From NCBI GenBank assembly GCA_008080565.1, contig VIKE01000048.1, forward strand, positions 15,911 through 79,910: a DNA stretch of 64,000 nucleotides, read 5' to 3'. Each line of letters opens with the position of its first letter. Positions within the stretch are counted from its first letter, which is position 1. Positions 1-8,688 of the stretch are shown here, one piece after another. The notes beneath the pieces were generated by a model. The model was given only the letters and a program-made list of their open reading frames with translations. It searched no databases and was not told the DNA's origin. A program made the position numbers and the translations under genes. The stretch comes from Rhodocyclaceae bacterium. Lineage in GTDB: Bacteria > Pseudomonadota > Gammaproteobacteria > Burkholderiales > Rhodocyclaceae.

Positions 1-414
1 GACATGGTTGGCAAACGCTAGCAACATGACGCCACTCCCGCAGGCTGGGTCGCAGACGCGCACAAGTTGGCCATCGTCAGGCGGTGGATCGCCGGCCGTC
101 ATTTGCGCCATCATTGATGCGATGTTCCAAGGAGTGAAATACTGCCCAAGCTGCTGACGGGCGCCCCGAGAGGCCAGATCCATGTATAGCGGGCCGAGCA
201 CATCGGTGAAGGGCTCATGCTTTCCAACGATATTGGCGTATACCTCGATTGCTTCAGCGACGGCAGGTTTAACAACCTCCGGAACAGGTTGCCATTCAGG
301 CAACCCCCAGAGGGACATGGTGGCGCTCAGGAAGAAACCCAGCATCTCATGGGGGCGATGGCGATAGCCATCGTCGAGCGCCGAAATCAGGGGGGTCAGG
401 TCTTTGGTATTCAT
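1..414 (-). CDS. N6-adenine DNA methyltransferase, N-terminal part (runs off window start)
   Basis: Hand translation from ATG at 414: ...LGQYFTPWNIA...RVCDPACGSGVML (GQYFTP and DPACGSG motif I); not in the ORF track because it is truncated. Confidence 0.85.
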   Translation of the reverse strand, partial: MNTKDLTPLISALDDGYRHRPHEMLGFFLSATMSLWGLPEWQPVPEVVKPAVAEAIEVYANIVGKHEPFTDVLGPLYMDLASRGARQQLGQYFTPWNIASMMAQMTAGDPPPDDGQLVRVCDPACGSGVMLLAFANHV

Positions 415-421
415 GCCTCAC

Positions 422-455
422 AGACTACGGAAGCCGCCGGGCCAATTCTGAATTT
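422..455 (-). promoter_or_regulatory. backbone-motif promoter (CAGAA-N18-TAGTCT) directly before the MTase ATG
   Basis: Same geometry as seven other promoters in the window. Confidence 0.55.
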
Positions 456-481
456 CTTCCCCGTCCGTCCAGGACGCCGAC

Positions 482-510
482 TTGACCGAATACCGTCCGA
501 ATTGGATAAT
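482..510 (+). promoter_or_regulatory. sigma70-like promoter TTGACC-N17-GATAAT
   Basis: Near-consensus hexamers with 17-bp spacer upstream of the 594 ORF. Confidence 0.6.
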
Positions 511-593
511 CATTCTCATGCCGACCGGCTGAGCTTCGAGCAACTCGAAAAAGTCGAATTACTGCAGGACCCGTAGTACATCGTTATCGAACC

Positions 594-1490
594 ATGCGCA
601 TTGGGCGCGCGGCCGCGATAAATGCTCGAGTGACCGTGCTAATCGCTTCCGCTATACGCGAGAAAGGCGTATCCACCAAGCTGAGTCACGTCCAGGAGCT
701 GGCCGCTGCCGCGCTCGGCCACAACACTCTTGCTTCCTATCAGGCCGCTAATGAGGACGTTGCCCTGGCTGGTGCTGCACACGTCGTCCTGGATCCTCTT
801 CTCCTGGAGGAGCGGGCTGCGACGCTGGGCCAGTCCGTAGCGGTCACGCAGCTTGTCGATGTCGTCAGCGCCGCGGTCAAAACCGCCTTCCCGTCCATTC
901 GTCTGCACCAGTCCGTAGAGGACTTCGCGGATGTGCTGCAGGCCGAGCTCGAAGTCGAAGCCGAAACCGATGACAACGTGGCCTCTGAGATGGCATCGTG
1001 CAATCACGATGGCGTCAGCGAGGTTTACATGCCGATCGATCTGACCGAGTTCACGGAGCTTGCCCAAGTGGGTCATGTGTATATCGCAAAGACGAAGGGC
1101 ATGATCACGATGCACATCGATCCGGAACGCCCCTACAGCGGCCATCAGATCCGGGTGGATGCAGTTCTGTCGATGGAGCGCCTGGGCCGCCGCTGCTTCG
1201 GCGACCCCAGTATTGAGATTACCTTCGCCACCATCCTGGGCAATGAACCGGAGGCCGTTTCGCTGAATCAGGCTCTGGCAGACTATACCGGCCTCGATAT
1301 CGCCACGGCCGAGGCGCTGACTGAAGTTGATCCGGTTGCTGAGTCCAGCGAGGATGGCATGGCTTACAACTACATCTACTACTGCAAGGATCATCTCCAG
1401 TCGGATGCCGAAGCTGCTGTCCGGGCGCGTTATCCCGACTTGGTGGTGATGGTGCCGGCGTGGGTTGTGGACAACGCTTCCGCGCTGTAA
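594..1490 (+). CDS. hypothetical protein with N-terminal Glyoxalase_8-like helical domain
   Basis: 298-aa ORF; KLSHVQELAAAALGHNTLASY resembles the ELxAxxxG[FYH] motif; followed by a hairpin; true start may be a downstream GTG. Confidence 0.7.
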   Translation: MRIGRAAAINARVTVLIASAIREKGVSTKLSHVQELAAAALGHNTLASYQAANEDVALAGAAHVVLDPLLLEERAATLGQSVAVTQLVDVVSAAVKTAFPSIRLHQSVEDFADVLQAELEVEAETDDNVASEMASCNHDGVSEVYMPIDLTEFTELAQVGHVYIAKTKGMITMHIDPERPYSGHQIRVDAVLSMERLGRRCFGDPSIEITFATILGNEPEAVSLNQALADYTGLDIATAEALTEVDPVAESSEDGMAYNYIYYCKDHLQSDAEAAVRARYPDLVVMVPAWVVDNASAL

Positions 1491-1500
1491 GCCCAAATGA

Positions 1501-1533
1501 AACTGCCGGTCCCGCGTTACCGGGCCGGCAGTT
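1501..1533. terminator. GC-rich hairpin after ORF 594-1490
   Basis: AACTGCCGGTCCC...CGGGCCGGCAGTT inverted repeat. Confidence 0.55.
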
Positions 1534-1707
1534 ACTTGAAGGTGTTGCTCGGATGCAGAGAACGGAGCCTGGTGACATGCGTTCTGGCTCGCAGCTGCGG
1601 CCACTGCTGCCGAGCAGGCTGTCTGGATCGCCCAGTAGATGGTTCAGGCTACTTGAAGTAGTAACGGACGCCGAAGATGGCCTTATCGTAACCTTTGTAT
1701 GGTCATT

Positions 1708-1956
1708 GTATCCACACCTTCACCTGTTTCTGGAATATGCAATGTTCGGTCACAAAGCATTGCCACTACTGGGAAAACGGCAAACAGTAAATTCCGTTTT
1801 CGATGCCCAATGCACAAAATTTAGGCAGCACCATCCCGCACCTAGGCGGTGTGGACCAAGCTCCTGCAACTAGGGTCTTTACTCCACACAGTTATCCACA
1901 GATTCTGGGGATAGTTTTCAGGCAACTAACTGGAAGATGGACGTTCATAGTCCACA
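1708..1956. promoter_or_regulatory. cluster of DnaA-box-like sequences
   Basis: Perfect TTATCCACA at 1892-1900; variants at 1708, 1850 (rev), 1880, 1906 (rev), 1948. Confidence 0.45.
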
Positions 1957-2158
1957 ACCCACATGCGTGGGAAAACGGGGAATCCGTTCCGGATCGAGAA
2001 AATTTCCCCTTTCGAGGGGACGGGTTCAATGGTGAGCTCAGACCAGCCGGTCCGAGATAGACCCGTGCCAAGAAGTGTGGCCTGCACGGTCCTGAAAGGC
2101 ACCGAGCGAGTTGAGGTTAATCAAGAAATCCCGGCTGCGGGAGGGTTATCTATAAGGG

Positions 2159-2962
2159 TCACGAAGCTTTCGGCAGTGCTAATGGTTCGACGGGAACAGG
2201 GCGAATGGCATCCCATGCCTCCTTGCTGACCGGAATGGAGGATGAGCGCCCGGAAGCGAGATTGAAGAAGATGCCCGAGTAGTTGATCTGGCCGTGGCGC
2301 AACGCCTCGGCAAGCCAAGAATATATCCACGTCGCGGCCATCGCATTGGTTGCCAATCCTTGCTTGAGGATGCTTTCCCGCGCAGAGCAGGAAGGGGAGT
2401 TGTCGTCCGGGCCGGTGACGATCTCCGGGTATAGCTCTGACACCAGCGGCAAGCGCATCGGGCTATCGCCGACAGCCTTGCCGAACTGACCTACGATTAC
2501 CTGGCCCGACACAGCGTCATTCCCCGCGTCGATCCAGTAGCCGGTGTGGTAAGACGCCCGCGCGAAGGCATCTATCTCTCGCCGCGCTGCCTTGGAATCT
2601 ACGCAGCCGACGATAAAGTCGACGGACTTATGCTCCAGAGCATCGCTGGTGAACAGGCGCGGCTCGTCGTGCCATGCGAGGCCGTGGCCGATATTCAGCC
2701 GATTGACCATGATGCTGGCCTTATTGTGGCCCACATCACAGGGGAAGAAGTTCTGGCGCAGGCAGTTGTGTTCGGACACGGTGTCGGCGTCCCACACATG
2801 TACGTTGAGGCCATGCGGGTGACCGAGAGCCACCATGCACTTGCTCAGTTGAGCGAGGCGGGGCAGCAACTGTGACCCGGTGCCACCACACCCGATGACA
2901 TGCACCTCCACAGCACGGTGCAGGAGGTTTTCGGAGATGATATGAATGTACTCATTGTTCAT
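2159..2962 (-). CDS. PRTRC system ThiF/E1-like protein
   Basis: VIGCGGTGS, DADTVSEHNCLRQNF, GCVDSKAAR, PSCSARES motifs; start reassigned to MNNEY. Confidence 0.92.
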   Translation of the reverse strand: MNNEYIHIISENLLHRAVEVHVIGCGGTGSQLLPRLAQLSKCMVALGHPHGLNVHVWDADTVSEHNCLRQNFFPCDVGHNKASIMVNRLNIGHGLAWHDEPRLFTSDALEHKSVDFIVGCVDSKAARREIDAFARASYHTGYWIDAGNDAVSGQVIVGQFGKAVGDSPMRLPLVSELYPEIVTGPDDNSPSCSARESILKQGLATNAMAATWIYSWLAEALRHGQINYSGIFFNLASGRSSSIPVSKEAWDAIRPVPVEPLALPKAS

Positions 2963-3620
2963 GGCTGTTGCTTCCCAATTCAGTTTCGTTCTGTACCTCA
3001 TCAGCATATAGGAGGCCGCGAATCCAATCTGAAATATCCAAGGAAAGGCCAAAGCCAACAAAGCGCATAGCAACCGTTACGTCAGGCTTGTCGAGGTTTC
3101 CGACCACGAAGGCCAGCTTGGCGTCATCTGTCCGATCATCCTTCTCATCTTCGTCCGAAAAGAAGGCGTGAAGGATGCCGTGGCTGTGGCAATCCACGGC
3201 AGGCAGGCAGACAGGTGTGGCGTCGGGCCGGTGGTAGCTGATATGAGCGCCGCCGCGAGAGATCACTTCCGGCTCAACGTAACCAACCGCCATCTGGCTG
3301 GGGTCGAAAGTAAGCCATGCCGCATGTTCGAGAGGCGAGGCTTCCCGCGCCCGCCGGATGAAGTGCTGCAATCCGCCGATCAGGGCGCGGCGATGCAGGT
3401 TGATCGAAAAGACCATTGGAGGCTGTCCGTAAGGTAGAGGGATAGGCGAATCCATAACCTTGAGGATCGCATGCAACCAGGGACGTTTAACCTCGACATG
3501 AAGACCATCGCCGCAGATCAGGAAGCGGTGCGAGTCCTCATCAAGCAGTGCGAGAGGTTCATAGCGCGGACACATGACGCAGGGGCAGGCCGCTTGAAGG
3601 GTGGCGTCAAGCATGTTCAT
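2952..3620 (-). CDS. PRTRC system protein A (JAB/JAMM metalloprotease)
   Basis: EHAAW ... DCHSHG..AFFSDEDEKDD JAMM motif; operon position. Confidence 0.9.
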   Translation of the reverse strand: MNMLDATLQAACPCVMCPRYEPLALLDEDSHRFLICGDGLHVEVKRPWLHAILKVMDSPIPLPYGQPPMVFSINLHRRALIGGLQHFIRRAREASPLEHAAWLTFDPSQMAVGYVEPEVISRGGAHISYHRPDATPVCLPAVDCHSHGILHAFFSDEDEKDDRTDDAKLAFVVGNLDKPDVTVAMRFVGFGLSLDISDWIRGLLYADEVQNETELGSNSHEQ

Positions 3621-3622
3621 GG

Positions 3623-4381
3623 TCAGTCCTCTGCCAAGCCGTCAAGGCGATCTACCAAGCGCCCGAGGGACAAACCTTTGATCGGACGCAGTACACGCTG
3701 CGGGAACTTCTTGAAATTGCCGTCCAGAAGGTCAATGCAGAACTGGTGGATGCCGCCCTTGTAGTTCACTGGCTTCGGGTGGTTCGGGTGACTGAAATTG
3801 CTGTCCCAAAAGGACTTCTCCCATGCAGCCACAGACTCTGCCACTGTGTTGTCAGGAAGTGGCATTGACCCGGTGCAGACCTTGCCGTCGACCCATACGT
3901 TCATCGCCGGAAGGTGGTAAAGCTGTGTGTCGGCATCGGGCCGTCCGTCGCCCTTGACCGCGTAAGCCCACATGGACTGGCTCTTGGCGACAAAAACGAT
4001 ACCGGGAGTGAGGCCAGTTCCAGCACGCTTGCCGACGCTGACACCGCCCTCGGCGGCGGGGCGACAGTCAAAAAAGTAGGTGCGCTCACTGGGTCGCTGC
4101 CACCAGACAACGTGTTCAAGACCCACGCTTAGGATATTGGCCGTGAGGACGCCGGAACGTATCCGCGAGGCTTCCAGCAGGGAGGCGCACACGGCCTTGA
4201 GGCTGGATCGGTCGGCGGCTCGACCGGCACGGATAACCGGAGGGGCATTGCCATCGCCACTATCGACGGGGTGGATCGTGGCGTAGCTTGTGCCGGAATG
4301 GCCGTTGCTGTTCTCGTACAGGAGGATCGCCGTTTTCAGCTTTACGCTCATGGCGGCGCAGTCTTGGACTTCAAAGCTCAT
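3623..4381 (-). CDS. PRTRC system protein B (prokaryotic E2-like)
   Basis: LYHLPAMNVWVDGKVCTGS, WEKSFWDSNFSHPN signature. Confidence 0.9.
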   Translation of the reverse strand: MSFEVQDCAAMSVKLKTAILLYENSNGHSGTSYATIHPVDSGDGNAPPVIRAGRAADRSSLKAVCASLLEASRIRSGVLTANILSVGLEHVVWWQRPSERTYFFDCRPAAEGGVSVGKRAGTGLTPGIVFVAKSQSMWAYAVKGDGRPDADTQLYHLPAMNVWVDGKVCTGSMPLPDNTVAESVAAWEKSFWDSNFSHPNHPKPVNYKGGIHQFCIDLLDGNFKKFPQRVLRPIKGLSLGRLVDRLDGLAED

Positions 4382-5390
4382 CGTTCAGTTTCCTTGCTTC
4401 ATGGAGGGCCGTATCCAAGGCCCGGAGGACAAGACCAGTATGACGAATCCGAGGGAGTGATTCTGCAATGCCTGCTTCCGAGGGGGCGAACATCACGCAG
4501 CCAATCCAAGGGGGTTCCTCGCCGCCCTCGGCAAAGTAGCGGTAGTTGTCGTCGAAGATGCGGTCGAAATCGGCCTCGCCATCCCAGCCGCAGACAATGG
4601 GCGGCTCGTTGGGGACGCAGCACTCTTCGTTCTGATACGGGGTGGCGAATAGCTCGTTGTCGGCGTCGATACGATCCAGATGGAGGAGGGCAGCGAGGAG
4701 CTTCCCGACCGGATGCTCGGCAAGCCGCTCGGCGGCGGCAGCGAACTCCTCGTCGGAGGCATAGGGAAGCTCATTCGAGATATTGACGTAGGCCCACTCA
4801 GGGATGCCATCGAACAAGTCGGCGCGGCGGGGAACGTCAGCGTCATCGGCTTCATCGCCGTACTCTTCCAGCACGACGGTTTCATCGTCCTCGCCGTACC
4901 AGTAAAGGTTCTGCGCCATTTCAAACGCGCCGCCAACGGTATGCGGCGAGCCAAAGTGGCAAAGCGATCCTTCGAGGATGCCGAGGGATTTCCGGCCAAG
5001 ACCCGGTTGTAGCGCCTCGATGGCCGAGAATGCCTTGCCGATGGCGATCCATTCGGGATGCCCCGCATTGATCGCTACGCCGACCAGCGGCTCACCGCTC
5101 TCGGTTGAGAATTCTTCCTCCGAGTCACGGTGCGGCAGAATCAGCCGCGCATAGGCTGAAATCAGCTTGAAAGAGTAGTCCCCGCCAACCTCGCGTTGCC
5201 AGCCTTTTTCGATCAAAGTGCGGATCGCGCTGGCGCTCATGCTGGTCCGGCGCAGACCGGCCAGGTCATCGTCCGAGATCATGCCGAGGCGGCTCATCGC
5301 CAAGACAAGGCGAAGATGTCGCTCCCCTGCCGGAGTGAACTCGATTACAGCGGGGACTTCGGGGGCGAATATAGGCAGGGTCAGAAGCAC
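4371..5390 (-). CDS. PRTRC system protein F
   Basis: LTLP start, PGLG, YWYGEDDE motif; position between C and B. Confidence 0.8.
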   Translation of the reverse strand: MLLTLPIFAPEVPAVIEFTPAGERHLRLVLAMSRLGMISDDDLAGLRRTSMSASAIRTLIEKGWQREVGGDYSFKLISAYARLILPHRDSEEEFSTESGEPLVGVAINAGHPEWIAIGKAFSAIEALQPGLGRKSLGILEGSLCHFGSPHTVGGAFEMAQNLYWYGEDDETVVLEEYGDEADDADVPRRADLFDGIPEWAYVNISNELPYASDEEFAAAAERLAEHPVGKLLAALLHLDRIDADNELFATPYQNEECCVPNEPPIVCGWDGEADFDRIFDDNYRYFAEGGEEPPWIGCVMFAPSEAGIAESLPRIRHTGLVLRALDTALHEARKLNDEL

Positions 5391-5617
5391 GGCGGCACCA
5401 TGTCAGGGGAAGGGATAGTGATCGGCTTGCTCGTGCGGCCACTGGCCGCGAGGCGGGAAACGACCTGACCGACCAACTTCTCGGACTTGCCGTAGCGGAC
5501 GCCGCCAATGCCTGCTTTGCGGCTTTTCCGTTTGGCGCTGGTCGCGCCTTCAACTATTTCGGTAGAAAGCCCACTAAGGGCTTTCACGACCATTTCCTCG
5601 AAATCCTCGCGTTTCAT
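5381..5617 (-). CDS. small hypothetical protein in PRTRC operon
   Basis: 78-aa ORF filling the gap between C and F. Confidence 0.5.
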   Translation of the reverse strand: MKREDFEEMVVKALSGLSTEIVEGATSAKRKSRKAGIGGVRYGKSEKLVGQVVSRLAASGRTSKPITIPSPDMVPPCF

Positions 5618-5642
5618 GACTCTGTCCCGGTGGATTTGCGAA

Positions 5643-5852
5643 TCAGCCCTTGGTGCCTACGCCGCGCTTGAACTCGAAAGTTTGCGTGTTGCCCTCAAAG
5701 TTACCGCCTTCAACGGCAGCGTTTGTTAGGTCGGCATGGATGGCGGAATAGAACTGCTTTACCTGTTCAGGGGTCATCTGCGGATCGGGGTCGGGCAGGG
5801 TGCGCCCGTTGTAGAGGAAAATTCTCTGGATTGCGATAGCTACGAGACTCAT
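5643..5852 (-). CDS. PRTRC system protein C (ubiquitin-like, C-terminal Gly)
   Basis: RIFLYNGRTLPDPDP...LTNAAVEG...GVGTKG. Confidence 0.92.
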   Translation of the reverse strand: MSLVAIAIQRIFLYNGRTLPDPDPQMTPEQVKQFYSAIHADLTNAAVEGGNFEGNTQTFEFKRGVGTKG

Positions 5853-5895
5853 GGTTTCAGGCTCCTATAGGTGGGTGCAAAGCCTGTCCTGACGA

Positions 5896-6543
5896 TCAGA
5901 ACAGTTCGGCGGTGACGGGTTCGGATGAGACAACAGCAGCGGGGGCGGGGGGCTGCTCGGTCGGTTCCACAGGGGCCGGATTGACGGCAACCGGCACTTC
6001 CGGTGCGACGGCAACGGGGGAAGCGGCCTCTGCCACCGGAGCAGCCACGACAGCAGCGTCGGGAGCCGGGGTTTCAACCGGGGCGGCGGATTCACCACCT
6101 TCATCATCCTCATTGCCGACAGTAGAAGCCGGGGCATCAAGCAGGGATGGCGTGACCGGGCCTGCGGCCTTGGCAGTTACAGCCTTGGAAGTGGTGATCG
6201 CCTTGGAAGTAGTCGCCGGTGTCGGCTTCTTGTTCTTGTCAGCCGCCTTCTTCTTGGCTTCATCAGCAGCGGCCTTGGTTTGAGCTTCGGCAGCAGCCAG
6301 CGCATCGCGCAGTGAAGTCGTTACGGCGGCGCGAGAGGTCAGCCATTGGGCCAGCACACCCGGCAATTCAGCATCGAGTTCTTCCGGAGTGCCTTCGCAG
6401 CGGAAGGGGGTAACGAAGGCGTTGTCCTCCTTGTCGTCGAGCTTGACTGGCTCGACATAGACACCGACCTTGCCGTCCTTGGCGGGGGAAATAAGGATGT
6501 GAATGCCACGTTCGGCAATCAGCGGTTTCAGGGCTTGGAACAT
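5896..6543 (-). CDS. PRTRC system protein E
   Basis: MFQALKPL, GTPEELDAEL, Ala/Pro-rich tail ending ELF; start reassigned. Confidence 0.9.
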   Translation of the reverse strand: MFQALKPLIAERGIHILISPAKDGKVGVYVEPVKLDDKEDNAFVTPFRCEGTPEELDAELPGVLAQWLTSRAAVTTSLRDALAAAEAQTKAAADEAKKKAADKNKKPTPATTSKAITTSKAVTAKAAGPVTPSLLDAPASTVGNEDDEGGESAAPVETPAPDAAVVAAPVAEAASPVAVAPEVPVAVNPAPVEPTEQPPAPAAVVSSEPVTAELF

Positions 6544-6579
6544 TCGAATTCTCCTTGATTGGTGCGGGTTACAGAGATC

Positions 6580-6612
6580 ATTCTGCCTACCCGCACAGGG
6601 TAATTTTGGAAA
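6580..6612 (-). promoter_or_regulatory. backbone-motif promoter of PRTRC operon (CAAAA-N18-CAGAAT)
   Basis: GGTAGGCAGAATGATCTC closely matches GGTAGGCAAACTGATCTC at ~46180. Confidence 0.55.
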
Positions 6613-6634
6613 AGGTTCTATTCGGAATAGAACC
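6610..6634 (-). terminator. intrinsic terminator after dnaN
   Basis: Perfect 10-1-10 palindrome GGTTCTATTC-C-GAATAGAACC followed by TTTT. Confidence 0.6.
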
Positions 6635-6636
6635 AA

Positions 6637-7761
6637 TCAGACGCGCAGGGGCATGACCACGGACAGCGGGTATTCCTTGTCCTTCGGACGCATGGCGATA
6701 GCCGTAGCAGAAGCTGCGTAGCCGATGATGGCTTCGTCGCAGACGCCGCGCATGGTGCCGATGGCATCCATTAGGTAGTGGATGTTGAAGGCCAACTCGA
6801 ATGGCTTGTCCGTCGAGGACTCGGATTCAAGTTCGCACAGGCCCGACTCGCCACGACGCAGCGTTGTGATGGTCTTGGTGATGCTCATTTCCACCTTGGT
6901 TTTCATTGCATCCTGTTTTTCCCGGTCGTCACTCGTCGCGGCAAGCATGTGCAGGGCATTGGCGAAGCGGTCAGTTGAAACCGTCACCTTCTCGTTGGTG
7001 GTTGGGAGGACTCCGCGCCAGTTCGGGTAGGTGCCATCAACAGCCGTTCCAAGCAGCACGGCACCGTTGTCGAAGGTGAATTGGATGTTCTTGGGGCCGA
7101 GTGTCAAGGTCACATTCCCGCCTTGGCCCAACAGCTTCTTCGCCAGCAGGACAGTCTTGCGCTGGACGATGACATTGCGCGGATCAAGGTTGTCGGCACC
7201 GAGGATCGGTTCATGGCTGACGTTCATGCGGTGTCCGTCCGTGCTGACGAGCCACAGGCCCACCTTGTCCAGCGTGAAAAGCGCACCGTTCAGGAAGGGG
7301 CGAAGGTCGGCGTCCGCCATCGACGAGGAAACGTCGGCAATCATGTCGGCAAGGCGACGGGCGTTCATCGTCACGCTGATGCGACCCTCACGATCCGGCG
7401 TCATACGCGGGTAATCGGCGGCGGCAAGCGTCGGGAGACGGAAGCGGCTGCGGCCTGCTTTGACCAGAAGGGTTCCCTTCTCTTCAAGGCTGATTTCGAT
7501 GGTCTGCTTTTCCGGCACCGCTTTGACGAGATCGAAAAAGCGCCGCACGTCGACCGCCAGTTCACCGGCCTGCTTGACTTCGACGGGAGTCAGGGTTCGC
7601 GCCAGCATCCCGGTGTCCGAGCAGAGCATCGAGAGTTGGCCTTCGTCAGTGGCCTTGAGCAGAACAGTGCCAAGCATAGGAACAGTCCCGCGAGTGTCAG
7701 CGGCACCATAAACGAGAGCGAGGGGGGTAGCTAGGCTTTCCTTGGTGGTCGAAATAATCAT
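6637..7761 (-). CDS. dnaN: DNA polymerase III beta sliding clamp (plasmid copy)
   Basis: 374 aa; GRSRFRLPTLAAADYP, RPFLNG, STDGHR, GTYPNWRGVLP, VVMPLRV. Confidence 0.93.
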   Translation of the reverse strand: MIISTTKESLATPLALVYGAADTRGTVPMLGTVLLKATDEGQLSMLCSDTGMLARTLTPVEVKQAGELAVDVRRFFDLVKAVPEKQTIEISLEEKGTLLVKAGRSRFRLPTLAAADYPRMTPDREGRISVTMNARRLADMIADVSSSMADADLRPFLNGALFTLDKVGLWLVSTDGHRMNVSHEPILGADNLDPRNVIVQRKTVLLAKKLLGQGGNVTLTLGPKNIQFTFDNGAVLLGTAVDGTYPNWRGVLPTTNEKVTVSTDRFANALHMLAATSDDREKQDAMKTKVEMSITKTITTLRRGESGLCELESESSTDKPFELAFNIHYLMDAIGTMRGVCDEAIIGYAASATAIAMRPKDKEYPLSVVMPLRV

Positions 7762-7820
7762 GGTTCGGTATCTCCTGAGTTGATGGTGGGAACGGCTTTC
7801 GCCGAATCGCCATGACCACC

Positions 7821-7853
7821 AATTTACCGACCTGATAAGCCCATTTCAGGAAT
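7821..7853 (-). promoter_or_regulatory. backbone-motif promoter of dnaN (CTGAA-N18-TAAATT)
   Basis: Shared geometry. Confidence 0.5.
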
Positions 7854-8088
7854 AAGTTCGCAGGAAAATAGAAGCCAATGCGCGCGATCCATTTAGGACG
7901 ACCTGTGAGCCGGAATAGCCAAAAAACTGAAGCTGCGTCAGTAAAGTACGGCCAAGAGCCGGGTGAGTACCGACATTTGCATCAGCTATCATTTCAAGGA
8001 ATTATTGCTGGCATGTGGACGGCATTGATCTGGAGCCAATACACAACAGGCAGGGACCGGCCCGGTTTCGTGTCCGGGCCGCGGTCTT

Positions 8089-8688
8089 CTAATGCCTGGT
8101 TGGAGCAGGGGCTTGATCGGGAAGTAACGGACGCAAGGCTATGATGTGGTTTGGTGGTGCTAGACCAGGGACCGTGAGATTCAGTCCATACAAGGCGGTC
8201 GGCAATGCCGCTTCTCGCACAAAGTCTCTGGATACGCTCAGGTCTTCACTGCAGATACCTTGGTAGATCGTGGTCAAATATCGCGAATACTCGTCGCCAC
8301 GGACACAGATAACGAAGGATTTATCGTCCCAGGACGCCAACGCATTATTCTCGCTGTCTTGATCGAACGAGCTTGATCCTCCACACCAAAATTGCCAATC
8401 CCTTTTTGCTGCATTTGATGTGTATAGGGATGTTCGATGCTTACGGTATTGGTGCATCCAAAGGATGGCATGACTCTCACCATCCCGCGTGAAAGTGCCG
8501 AAGGTGAAGTGTTTGGCGATTTCCCTGTTCTTGACCAGAGGGATTCCGTGTGGCGACTCAACGCACCCCAATGCACGTGAAATTGGATCAATGGGCTTAC
8601 TGTGTTCGGCAAAGTAGTTACCGGATAAGGTGACGCCAAAGCAGATTCCATCCTGGACAGCGAAGTGGACCTGATGCGCTTTTTTCAT
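8089..8688 (-). CDS. hypothetical protein
   Basis: 199-aa ORF coupled (ATGA) to upstream gene; hairpin at ~8055-8086 downstream. Confidence 0.65.
   Translation of the reverse strand: MKKAHQVHFAVQDGICFGVTLSGNYFAEHSKPIDPISRALGCVESPHGIPLVKNREIAKHFTFGTFTRDGESHAILWMHQYRKHRTSLYTSNAAKRDWQFWCGGSSSFDQDSENNALASWDDKSFVICVRGDEYSRYLTTIYQGICSEDLSVSRDFVREAALPTALYGLNLTVPGLAPPNHIIALRPLLPDQAPAPTRH

Noticed and set aside
639-1604. 321-aa minus-strand ORF and other long antisense ORFs (7081-7734, 17731-18843, 51373-52212)
   Set aside because: Shadows of well-supported genes on the opposite strand in GC-rich DNA
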